Made by a program: the position numbers and the translations under genes. The notes under the pieces are model-generated. The model was not told the origin of the DNA. It saw only the letters and a list, made by a program, of their open reading frames with translations, and did no database searches. From Chiloscyllium plagiosum (lineage: Eukaryota): a stretch of DNA of 62,857 bases. Positions 51,366-62,857 of this stretch are shown piece after piece. The stretch lies in assembly GCF_004010195.1 (NCBI RefSeq), contig NC_057719.1:22585342-22648198 (forward strand), given 5' to 3'. The number at the start of each line of letters is the position of its first letter. Position 1 is the first letter of the stretch.

Positions 51366-51944
51366 TTTGTATGCAATGGGATGTTTATTGTTGGATAGTT
51401 CAATTGCTTATTGAATGGGAATGTTTGTTGACATAAGGGATTTAGTGCCTAAGGGTTAAGCAATTAAGGGAAATATTTGCATAAGACATTGAGCTCTTAA
51501 GTGAAATACTTGTTTTCGCAAGGGATTTGGTAAAGCAATTTCAATATATTGGATGTTTTATAACAACAGGAGGAGTGTACTTCTTTCAATAGTGGCATTA
51601 ATATTATGATAACAACATTTTCTGTCTATTCTTCTGCCTCCTGAGTTAAATAATCCTGCACAAAGGTAAGAAATGGGATGTACACACATGAATACAGTGA
51701 TCAATACCGTTTACAATTCCTCAGATAGTGAAGGGGTCTGTAACTATATCTGTAAAGTCCTGGACAACATTCAGATGTGAATTGATAAGTGACAAATAAC
51801 ATGTCCACCAATCAGGTGCTGGACTGTGAGGATCTCCAACAAAGGAGAATCCAATCAACTTCCTTTAATATTCAAGGCATTACCATTACTGAAGTTCCTA
51901 CTGTCAACATCTCTTGGGGTTACCTGAATCTGATTGTAGAAGAA

Positions 51945-52070
51945 TTTCTGATGAAAGGCTCCGGCCCGAAACATTGATACTCCTACTCCATGGATGCTGC
52001 CTGACCTGCTGTGCTTTTCCAGCAACACACTGAATCTGATCTCCAGCATCTGCAGACCTCACTTTCTCCT
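51945..52070 (+). mobile_element. Penelope-type terminal fragment
   Basis: CTGATGAAAGGCTCCGGCCCGAAAC...GATGCTGCCTGACCTGCTG, homologous to 1-134. Confidence 0.7.
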
Positions 52071-52511
52071 GTAGAATAATTTTGTCTGTTGTAACCATAT
52101 AAAAACTGGGCAACAAAAGCTCGAAGCCAGGGCGTTTGCGATAAATAACTCATCTCCTGACTCCTAGGGCCTGTTCACTATCTGAATTCAGTAATTCAAT
52201 GAATCAATCCCAACTTGCCTGCACAAGTGTGGCTCCCACAACACCAAAAAATTTAGTATCACTTTAACATAAACAAAGCAACATCTTGTGCACATAAACT
52301 TAAACCTTAACTCTCTCCATTAGCAATGTATTGTGATAACAGTGTGAATTGAATCATAGGCCACTGTAAGTGCTCTATCTATGCTGCCCATAACTTTGTA
52401 AACCTCTATCAGCTTGCCCCTCAGCCTCTATCTTTCAAACGAAAACAATCTGAGTTTATCCAACTTCTCCTCATAACAAAAACCCTCCAAAACAGGCAAC
52501 ACCCTGCTTGT

Positions 52512-52828
52512 GGGCGGCACGGTGGCACAGTGGTTAGCACTGCTGCCTCGCAGCGCCAGAGACCCGGGTTCAATTCCCGCCTCAGGCGACTGACTGTGTG
52601 GAGTTTGCACGTTCTCCCCGTGTCTGCGTGGGTTTCCTCCGGGTGCTCCGGTTTCCTCCCACAGTCCAAAGATGTGCAGGTCAGGTGAATTGGCCATGCT
52701 AAATTGCCCGTAGTGTTAGGTAAGGAAATGTAGGGGTATGGGTGGGTTACGCTTCGGCGGGTCGGTGTGGACTTGTTGGGCCGAAGGACCTGTTTCCACA
52801 CTGTAAAGTAATCTAATCTAATCTAAAT
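52512..52828 (+). mobile_element. HE1-type V-SINE, young copy, inserted in an old CR1 fragment
   Basis: Complete head, core and (TAATC)n tail. A second diverged SINE follows at about 52900-53150 (-). Confidence 0.92.
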
Positions 52829-54069
52829 CTTCTACGCACCTTTGTCAAAGCATTCAGTTCCATCTGATAGCACAGCAACCAGAACTGCACACATTTGGCC
52901 CATCATGCTGCACTGACCCTCTGAAGAGTTTCCCACCCAGAGGCACACATCTTGTCTCCCCCCCAACCCAAAAACTCCACATTCGTCTTGGGCAATCCAC
53001 CTAACCTAGGACTGTAGGAGGAAACAGGAGCACCCAGCAGAAACCCATGCAGACGCAGGGAGAATATATAAATTCAACAGACACAGTCACCTATGGCTCG
53101 AATCAAAACCGACTCCCTGGCACTGTGAGGCAACAGTGCTAACCACTGTCACTGCACTGACCCATTTGCACATTGCAGTGCAGCAACTCACCAAGGCTCC
53201 TTCAACATCACCTTCCAATTCTGAGACCTCTGCCACCTAGAGCAAAACAGGCAGCAGATGCACAGGAACCCCACCATCTCTAGGTTCCTCTCCAAGCTGC
53301 ACAGCATCCTAATTTGGAAGTATACTACTGTTTCTTTAACATTACTGGGTCAAGACCCTGGAACTCTCTTCCTAACTGCAATGAAACTGCAGCAGTTCAA
53401 AAGATGGTTCACTAGCAACTTCTCAAAAGCAATTACTGATGGGCAATAAATGTTGGCCTTGCTCGTGATGCTCACAAATAAAAAGAGGCTATTGCACAGC
53501 CAGTATATTGAATGCATCCACTAAGTCTAAGCACAAAAAAAAGTGATTCTAAACAAATAAACATGCTGCCTAATACAACAAAGAACAGTTGGATGCTGGC
53601 CTTGCCTGAAGCAAAGACATTAAAATAGTTTGACTGATTCTTGAACAACAGCCTAAATGGATCAAGCCAGAGGAACTGAATGGTCTTTTATTTTTCTCTA
53701 TGTTCCTATGTCTGGAAACAGCAAGGTTCTAATAGCCACCGGGACTATTTGTTTCAGCACAATGAATATTACATTAGATTTTCTTTCTCATTCAGGCTAC
53801 CACCAGGTTTGTTCATTTCAACGAGAGTTACCTTTTAGCCTTGTTGCAGTAGTTGTGTTTTGGGGTGGAATGTATTCACTTGAACAAAGAAAAGATATTT
53901 ATTTATTTTGAGTCGGATTTCTTCTTAAATTCATATCAGTTTGAAAGGGAATAGTTCAATAATATTACGAACAAAAGAAAGATCAGCAAAATAACAATTA
54001 CTGGAAAAATACACTCAAAGCAGAAATACAACATAGCTATGCACAGTGCCAGTATACCACATTATGAAT

Positions 54070-55205
54070 TTTAGATGGTGTTTAATCTGGACAAATGCGA
54101 GGTGATGCATTTTAGGAGACCAAATTCAGGTGCAAACTATACAATAAATAGCAGAACCCTGAGGAACATTGCCACAGAGAAGGGTCCGAGCATACACTGT
54201 TCCACAGATGCCTGAAATGGGCAACACAGGTGGGAGAAGGTAGTCAAGAAGGTATACAACACGCTAGTCTTCATTAGCTGGGGCATTGAATATAAAAGTT
54301 AGCAAGTTATGTTATGGTGTAGAGCTGGAAAAAAACACAGCATGTCAGGCAGCATCCAAGGAGTAAGACAGTCAATGTTTCAGGCAAGAACCTTCTTCAG
54401 GACCTTCTACAGTCCTGAAGAAGGGCTGACTGTCTTGCTCCTCAGACATTGCCTGACTTGCTGTGCTTTTTCCAGCACAACGCTTTATCAAGTGTGACTC
54501 ACCAGCATCTGCAGTCCTCACTTTCTCCAAGTTATGTTATAGCTGTATAAAACTTCAGTCAGGCCACATTTGGAATATTGCTTGAGGTTCTGGCTGCCAT
54601 ACTACCAGAAGGGCTTAGATGCTTTGGAGAGGGTGCAGAGAAGGTTTACCAGGATGCTGCCTGATCTGGAAAGGTTTAGCTGAGGAGAGGTTGAATAAAC
54701 TCAGATTGTTTTTGAAAGATGGAAGCTGAGGGGCGACCTGACAGAGGATTACAAAATTATTAGGGTGGGTAGTCAGAGGTTTCTTTCCCAGTGTGGAAAG
54801 ATTAAACTACAATAGGGCACAGCTTCAAGGTGAGGAGGAGGGCCGGGGGGGGGTGGGGGGATGCAGTTTAGGGGAGAAGTGCAGGGAAACATTTTCAGAG
54901 GGTGTGTGCCTGGAATGCATTGCCAATGGAATTTGTAAAAGTCGGCATATTAGCATTGCTTAAGGGGTTTCTTACTCGACAGATGATGGGAAGCAAGCAG
55001 AGGATAAAAACCAAGAATGGGCAACAAGTAACAGGTCTAAATAAAAAGTTTAAATCACACAACACCAGATTATAGTCCAACAGTTTTATTTGGAAGCACT
55101 AGCTTTCGGAGCACCGCTCCTTCATCAGGTGATTGTGAATAAACAGTAGGAATTAACGCAGGCTTGGTGGACCAAAGGGCCTGTTCCTGGGCTGAATTGT
55201 TCTTA
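54070..55205 (+). mobile_element. Decayed CR1 3' fragment carrying nested Penelope-type inserts (54315-54530, 55040-55135)
   Basis: Homologous to 12625-13440. CAAGTTATGTTAT is repeated on both sides of the 54315-54530 insert, like a TSD. Confidence 0.8.
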
Positions 55206-56164
55206 GCTCTTTATTTAAACATTGGACACAAGCAACCTGTTAAGATAGTTGTAAATTGTGCAAATCTTGAAATTAACTCTATAAACAGCAATACGTCTTG
55301 AGCAAATATCTCATTAAATATGGACATCCACAGCCATCCAGAGAATTTACACATCCTTCTATAAGGATTTGCCAATACTAAAAGATAATGGGGTTATAAG
55401 AGCCTTTCTCCATGTTTTAAGCCAGATAAAAGAGCTGTTTGAAATTCATTTTGTGGCAAATGGCAAAGTTACTATCAACTTCCCATATATCACGTACTGT
55501 ACTTTTTTTTCCAAACTGAGTGGTCATCAGAGGTGTTAACACCAACATGGGGTGAAGTAGTATGAACATCACAGCTTATTTGTTAAAGGTCTTGAACTTG
55601 TGAAAACCCACATGTGAAGTCAGCCATGATTTCTTTGTCTGTTTCAAAGATCAATTATGAGCTGTTATGAGGCAAATCCACCAGAACTATCAGAATTTTC
55701 AGGCAATCTCTAAACCAGACCTGGAAACAAACTGCATGACACTCAGTAGCTAAAGTAGCTAATGTTTCCCAGCTTTCAAAGGTCACCCTTAGAATCCTGA
55801 TGACCAAGTCTCAACTTGGTTGTGAGCTTTTCGTTTTACGAAACCTTCACTTCACCAGTAGGAAACTGGAAATCATAAAGATGAGACTGAGTTCACTGTG
55901 ATCTGCAGAAGTCCCTGTTTTGTCTATGTCTAGCCTTTCTGTGTATGATTGTGTGGAAGAATAGTGTGTAATATAGGATAGTAACATGCTTACAAACTTA
56001 TGAGGGTAAAAATGAAAGTGGGAGGATATTGCTCAGCCCCTTGACCTTGCTCTGCCATTCAATAAGTACTTGGCTGATTCAATTACTTCATATTACCACC
56101 CACCCACCCACAGCCATTTTTCACCTCCTTGCTTAGGAATCAGGGGTAAATGTAGTGTAATAGT

Positions 56165-57080
56165 GAATTCTTTGAGGAGGTGACCAAGCATGTGGATGAG
56201 GGTAGAGCAGTGGATGTAGTATACATGGATTTTAGTAAGGCATTTGATAAGGTTCCCCATGGTAGGCTTATGCGGAAAGTCAGGAGGCATGGGATAGAGG
56301 GAAATTTGGCCAATTGGATAGAAAACTGGCTAACCGGTCGAAGTCAGAGAGGGGTGGTAGATGGTAAATATTCAGCNNNNNNNNNNNNNNNNNNNNNNNN
56401 NNNNNNNNNNNNNNNNNNNNNNNNNNNNNNNNNNNNNNNNNNNNNNNNNNNNNNNNNNNNNNNNNNNNNNNNNNNNNNNNNNNNNNNNNNNNNNNNNNNN
56501 NNNNNNNNNNNNNNNNNNNNNNNNNNNNNNNNNNNNNNNNNNNNAACATAGAACAATACAGCAGAGAACAGGCCCTTCGGCCCACGATGTTGTGCCGAAC
56601 TTCTAACCTAGATTAAGTACCCATCCATGTACCTATCCAAATGCCGCTTAAAGGTCGCCAATGATTCTGACTCTACCACTCCCACGGGCAGCGCATTCCA
56701 TGCCCCCACCACTCTCTGGGTAAAGAACCCACCCCTGAAGTCTCCCCTATACCTTCCACCCTTCACCTTATATTTATGTCCCCTTGTAACACTCTGTTGT
56801 ACTTTTTCCCCGGGTACAACAGAGTGTTACAAGGGGACATAAATTTAAGGTGAAGGGTGGAAGGTATAGGGGAGATGTCAGGGGTAGGTTCTTTACCCAG
56901 AGAGTGGTGGGGGCATGGAATGCGCTGCCTGTGGGAGTGGTAGAGTCAGAATCTTTGGTGACCTTTAAACGGCAATTGGATAGGTACATGGATGGGTGCT
57001 TAAGCTAGGACAAATGTTCGGCACAAAATCGTGGGCCGAAGGGCCTGTTCTGTGCTGTATTGTTCTATGTTCTATGTTCT
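56165..57080. mobile_element. CR1 RT fragment, N gap, then an inverted pair of CR1 3' ends
   Basis: VDVVYMDFSKAFDKVPHGRL at 56165-56376. 56546-56801 (-) and 56810-57080 (+) are near reverse complements. Confidence 0.85.
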
Positions 57081-57764
57081 AAGGTAAGGGGTAAGGGTCG
57101 ATGTGGACTTGATGGGCTAAATGGCTTGTTTCCACACTGTAGGGATTCTATGAATCAATCTACTGCTGCTGTAAAAATATTCAGACTCTGGTTTCACTGC
57201 CTTCTGAGGGAAAGTGTTTCAAGGTTCACGAGTTCTGAGAGAGAGAAAAATAAATCTGCTCATTCCATCTCAGATAGAAAATTTCTTGATTTTAAACAAT
57301 GGCTCATTATAGAAACTCCCCCCAAAAAAATACTTTCCACATTTCATCCTGTCAATTCAGAGCAAGTCTGGGAATAAATAATGTTCCCCACTTTTGAGAG
57401 AAATCAACTTTAACATTTTGGGTTGAGCGACCCTTCCGAGAACCTGCTGAGCTTTTCCAGCAATTTCTGTTTTTGTTTCTGATTTCCAGAATCTAAAAAG
57501 TTCTTTCATTTTGTTTTCTTTACTTTTGAACTCACAGTAAGCTCACTGCTGAGATTTTGAACAAGACCAAATGATTTTGGGCAATCTTAACAGAATATAT
57601 ATACACACTTAACTGTGAAACCATACATATTCTCATATATTCCCGGCTCTCACACACATACTAATTATGACTAACTCACATTAGATTTCAAAGACATAGC
57701 ATCTCGATTAACATCCTTGTGCTGACTGAGGTAATATTTCTGATTCCTAGCACAGGATGATCAG

Positions 57765-58085
57765 AGAATCCCTACAGTGTGGAAGGCCATTCAGCCCATC
57801 AAGTCTGCAACAACCCTCTGAACAGCATCCCTCCCATACCCACCCCACTACTTTACCCCTGCATTTCCCTTGACTAACCCACCTAGCCTGCACATCCCTG
57901 AACACTATGGGCAATTTTGCGTGGCCAAGCCACCTAATTTGCACATCTTTGACTGTGGGAGGAAATCAAAGGAAACTCACACAGACAAGGGGAGAATATG
58001 CAAAAATCCAGATAGACAGTCGTCTGAGACTGGAATTGTGCCTTGGTCCCTGGCGCTGTGAGGCACCAGTGTTAACCACTGAGTT
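57765..58085 (-). mobile_element. HE1-type V-SINE
   Basis: Core and head motifs as in the other copies. Confidence 0.85.
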
Positions 58086-58999
58086 ACCTGCCACTCAATG
58101 GTAAATGTGCTATATTCAGCAAAATAAGATATATTAATATACCAAGAATCTTCTTCCAGTTTTTGAAAAACAAGCAGGATTTTGTTTTTCATTGTGTAAA
58201 TCTAATATCAGTGACACTGTCCTATAGCTTTTCTAATTGCATGAACTCAAGACACTGCTGGTAGTCATCCAAACATTCATCCAACCTTGACTGAGCATGA
58301 TTTTGATGCTGAGAAGTGATATATGAAACAGAGATGATTGCTAACACTCGTATTGATTATATAGAGGAGCAAGGTAAATTACTATATGCCACCTGCTAAC
58401 ATAACTGATGCATGGGAAATGAAAGGAAATAATAATGACATTTTGATGAGGCAAGCAACCAATAACATTGCTGGAATTCTACCTAAATAAGTAAAGCGCT
58501 TGAATCATGCAGCTGCCTGACACACATTCATTAGTTTCAAGCAAATGAAGAAAACAAAGCCTCACAAGGGCTGAGATGAGGAATCAAAACGACCTTTCCG
58601 AAGAAAGTGAAAAATCTGATATCGCCTGTCTCAGCTTTCCTGAGTCATGCGTTCTGTTGATCAACTTTGATCAAGTAGTGATGGAAATGGAAGGGGAATT
58701 ATTTTTATTTTATTTTAATTTGTTGCCTCCACTTTTGATTTAGCTTTCCTACCATGTCCCACTTTCACAACTGAAGGATAATGCATGGTAAGGTGTGGTG
58801 AGAAGGTAACAAGAAAATAAACTTGTTATTTGATTGTGACTGGGAGTGAGAAATTAAGTTCCAGATTAAACAGTGCGGATTTCATGAGAGCTTTACATTG
58901 AAAATTAGTTTTACGTTTTAGCTATCAAATGGAACACAGCATTTATTAAAATAAAATGCTTTACACAAGTAAAAATAAAACGACAATAGTGTGATACAG

Positions 59000-59850
59000 A
59001 ACTGGGCATCAGTGTTGATGACAACATAATATTACAACAGGATATTGTTAGATTAGGTGAATGGGCAAAGCTGTGGCAGTTGAATTTTAATATAAGTAAA
59101 ACCATTTTGGTTTGGAAAAGGACAGATCAGGGTAGTTTTTTTTTTGCATGGCACAAAGTTAAGTACAGTGGATGGCCAATGAAATTTGGAAGTTAAGGTG
59201 CATAGCTCTTTAAAGTGTCATGAACAGGTGCAGAAATAATCAAGGAGGGGAATGGAATGCTAGCCTTCATATCTAAAGGACTGTAGTATAAGGATGCAGG
59301 TGTTGTGTTGCAGTTATACAAAACTCTAGTTCAACCCCACTTGGAGTATTGTGAGCAGATCTAGGCACCACACCTTAGGAAGGACATTTTGGTCCTGAAG
59401 GGAGTTCAACACAGGTTCACAAGGGTGATACCTGGACTTCAGGGGTTCAAGTTATGAGGGGAGATTAGACACGTTAGGCCTTTATGAAGTGTAAGGGATG
59501 ACCCTTGATTGTGGTCTTCAGGATATTAACCAGAAAAGACATGGTAGATAGAAATAAACTATTTCCACTGGTTGAAGATTCTAGAACCAGAGGGCATTGT
59601 CTAAAAATTAATGTCAGGCAATTCAGGAGAGATGTTAGAAAGTGTTTCTACATGCAAAAGGTAGTCGAGGTCTGGAGCTGTCTTCCTCAAATGGCGGTCA
59701 TTGCTCATTCAATTGTTAAATTTACATCCGAGATAGGCAATTTTTTCTTAAACAAGGATATCAAGGGGTATTGGCCCAAGGTAGGTCACATACTTATTGA
59801 AGGGCAACACAGGCTCAAAAGGCAGTAGGGCCTACTCTTGTTTCTATGAT
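59000..59850 (+). mobile_element. Old CR1 3' fragment
   Basis: KLFPLVEDSRTRGHCLKI...FYMQKVVEVW. Confidence 0.8.
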
Positions 59851-60229
59851 TGGTGATAAAAGAGTGTGGCATGGATTACTTCAAGGCAACAAGATGGAGT
59901 GTTGTATAAGAAAGGATTCAGATTCACAATGGCTTATAAAGACTGATGCAGCTGGCAGCTTCAGATGGTTTCCTTTGGATGGGCAAAGTTTTGTAGCTGC
60001 TGAAACTATGTTGGTATTTTTCTGATCAACCTGTTGAGAGATGTGATTACACACCTCTGGAGTAAGTGAGACTTGAACCAAGGCCTCCTGGCTCAGAGGT
60101 GGGGGACATTATCAATGCCACAGGAAATATGCCGATGCCTGACTCAATGATTGCTTACAGCTTAAAATAACAAATTGGTGCTGGTACATCAGTGATCAAG
60201 TGCGAATTGACATACTTAATATATGGATT

Positions 60230-60700
60230 TTTTTTCATTCATTTGTGGAACTTGGGCATCGCTGGCTGATCAACGTTGATAGCCCATCCCTATTTGTCCT
60301 TGAGAAGCTGGCTTTGAATCGCTGCAGTCCACTTGCTGTGAGTTGACCCACAATGCCAGTAGGGAGGGAATTCTAGGACTTTGCCCAATGACTGTGAAAG
60401 AACGGCAATATATTTCCAAGTCAGGGTGATGAGTGGTTTGGAGGGGAACTTTCAGGTGGTAGTGTTCCCAAGTATTACTGTCCTTGTTCTTCTAGATGGA
60501 AGTGGTCACGGGTTTGGAAGGTGCCCTCTACAGATCATTGTTGAATTTCTGCAGTGCATCTTGTAGATAGTATACACTGCTGCTACTGAGCACTGGTGGT
60601 GGAGGGATTGAGTGTTTGTAGATGTGGTGCCAATCAAGTGGTTTGCTTTGTCCTGGATGGTGTCAAGCTTCTTGAGTGCTGTTGGAGCTGCACCAATCAC
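60230..60700 (-). mobile_element. 3' end of the second LINE family
   Basis: AAPTALKKLDTIQDKA...IYKMHCRNS on the minus strand, plus the shared 3' tail. Confidence 0.75.
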
Positions 60701-62184
60701 AACATTAACGCACATCATATATAATAGAACAGATTTGCAGCTCCTCATCTGAACAGCAATCTGGTCAAACATGTTACTTACTCTTTAGAAAATTGCATTT
60801 GCTTGTCATTCCTGAGCTGATTCCAAAAATTCACCTATCGGTCTTATATTTTGAAGATAAATACTTTTGAACAGAGTTCAAGTCCACACTTTAGTCAGGC
60901 TTTATTTCAGTTAACCACACTTCATGAAACTTAGACCTCAAAAATTACTAGTTTATACAGCTAATTCACACCCTATTGACTCTTAGTTAGAATTAGATTT
61001 AGACTTTCTTGTCATGGTGTGCTCAAGTACAAGAACCACAGGAGTACAGTGAAAAGTTCAGATGTAGCTGTAATAGTTAATATATCCATCATATGCTTCC
61101 TCTTTCCAATGGGTCTCAGGCACTTTTTCAGATCTTACTCAATGATAATAATCCACATTTGGTTCCAGATAAATAACATCTTGATTTTAAAGTTGTCAGA
61201 CCCATTATTAAAATTCCACTATTGCCTCATATTCATACCTCACACTCATACCTTTGTAATGTGTTTAAGCTTTACACCTCTCAATTTCTCTGCCCTGCTA
61301 TTTCTTGCTTGTTGATCATTCTGAATTTTAACTGCTCCACAACTGGTGTCTCTGCCTTCAGCTACCAAAGTCCAAAACTATTGTTACCTCCCTGAATCTT
61401 TCTCCCTCTTTCCCCTTCCATCTCTTTCAATATGTTCCTTAAACTGTTTGAAAAGCTTTTGGTCAGTAGTCATAAATTTCCTTATATGGATCACTGTCAG
61501 ATTTTCATTCAATAAAATTGTAAGGAAAACTTGGCAACTTTTGTTGGGTCAAAGTTGCTATGTACATTCAACATCTTGTTTTTAGACAGTGCATAGAGTT
61601 GGTGACCCATTCCAGAACACCATTGACCAGGTGATGAAGTTGAACATTTATTCTTACATATTTATTACCTAATCTAATAACACAAATAAATCCAGAAATC
61701 CATGTATTATCTATCATGCAATTTACATCACATACTGGCACATTTGCTTAGCAAGCATTTAAACACATAACGGTTTACTTAGTAGCACTCCTGGCTCTGA
61801 TAAGAAGATTGTCAATTTAAGACCCAGTCCAAGACTTACAACTCACATTTTAAGGCTGAGATGGATTGTTGAAGGTTCCATCCAAGGTGTGTGTTATTAA
61901 AGAAAGGCTCTATCTGCCCCATACAGCAGTCAGAACAGGTCCTGTGATATTATTAAAAACAAAACACTTCAGAATTACCTCTCATGTGGGCCAGTATTTA
62001 TTGATCAATCACCTTCACAAGGTAGGTTAACTGGTCATTAACACATTGCTTATTGTGGGAGATTTGCTGTGCATAGATTGGTGGAGGGAAAATGCAAGAA
62101 TGTGGTGTGAGGAATGTTGGATCAGCCATGATCCTATTGAATGGTGGGTTAGGCTCAAGAGGGCTAACTTCTAAGGTCTTAGGA

Positions 62185-62710
62185 TTTCATAAAGCCATAA
62201 ATATTGGAGCAGAATTAAGCCATTTGGCACATCAGGTTAGCTCTGTCATTCAATCATGGCTGATATGTTTTTCAAGCCCGTTCTCCTGCCTTCCCCCTGT
62301 AACCCTTGATTTTCTAATACTAAGAACCTATCTATCTATGTTTTAAATACATTCGATGACTTGGCTTCCACAATTGTCTGCAGTGATGAGTTCCACAAAT
62401 TCACTAACCTCTGGCTAAAGAAATTCCTCCTCATCTCAGTTATGAAGGATTGTCTTTGCACTCTGAGGCTGTGCCCTGAGGTCCGAGTCTCTCCTACTAG
62501 TGGAAACATCTTCTCCACTTCCAGTTTATCTGGGCCTCTCAGTATTCTGAAAATTTCAATGTGATCCTCATCCTTCTAACCTCCAGACCCAGTACAGACC
62601 CAGGATCCTCAACTGCTCCTCACATGACAAACCCTTCATCCAAGGGATCATTCTTGTAAAGCTCCTCTGGATGCTCTCTAATGTCATAACATCCCTCCAC
62701 AGATATGGGA
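62185..62710 (-). mobile_element. CR1 3' fragment
   Basis: EKMFPLVGETRTSGHSLRV...RNFFSQRLVNLWNS. Confidence 0.8.
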
Positions 62711-62857
62711 CTTTGAGTGCGAACAGCAGCTAAGGTAAGACAGTTTGTTTTAAAATTACTTACCGGTAGCGGGCAGCGATGTTTTTTCCTCTCTTTACAG
62801 AAAGAGCGGGAGCAGCAGGGGGAAGTGACGAAGACCGGAGGGGCAGCCGGGTAGGCT

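Noticed and set aside
52512..52585. tRNA gene
   Set aside because: It is the tRNA-derived head of a SINE and continues into the V-domain and LINE tail.

Overview
Repeat-dense vertebrate DNA. HE1-type V-SINEs, HER1/CR1 LINEs and Penelope remnants point to a cartilaginous fish, probably a shark. I could not support any host protein-coding exon. The main feature is a near full-length, decayed endogenous retrovirus on the minus strand (2842-15156, about 8.8 kb once two nested CR1 insertions are removed). It has TG...CA LTRs, a tRNA-Ser(UGA)-type PBS, a PPT, gag (coiled coil, MHR, two zinc knuckles), pro, RT, tether, RNase H, IN and env. It looks mosaic: the RT motifs resemble foamy viruses, gag is orthoretrovirus-like, and the env TM has a cysteine-flanked internal fusion loop resembling filovirus GP2/ASLV TM. 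The two LTRs are almost identical in R-U5 but clearly diverged in U3, and there is no matching TSD. The rest of the window is CR1 fragments, a second LINE family, SINEs, Penelope pieces with hammerhead-ribozyme-like cores (often as inverted pairs), a 188-bp tandem duplication and a CT-rich tract. All alignments and translations were done by eye, comparisons to reference sequences are from memory, and repeat boundaries are approximate.
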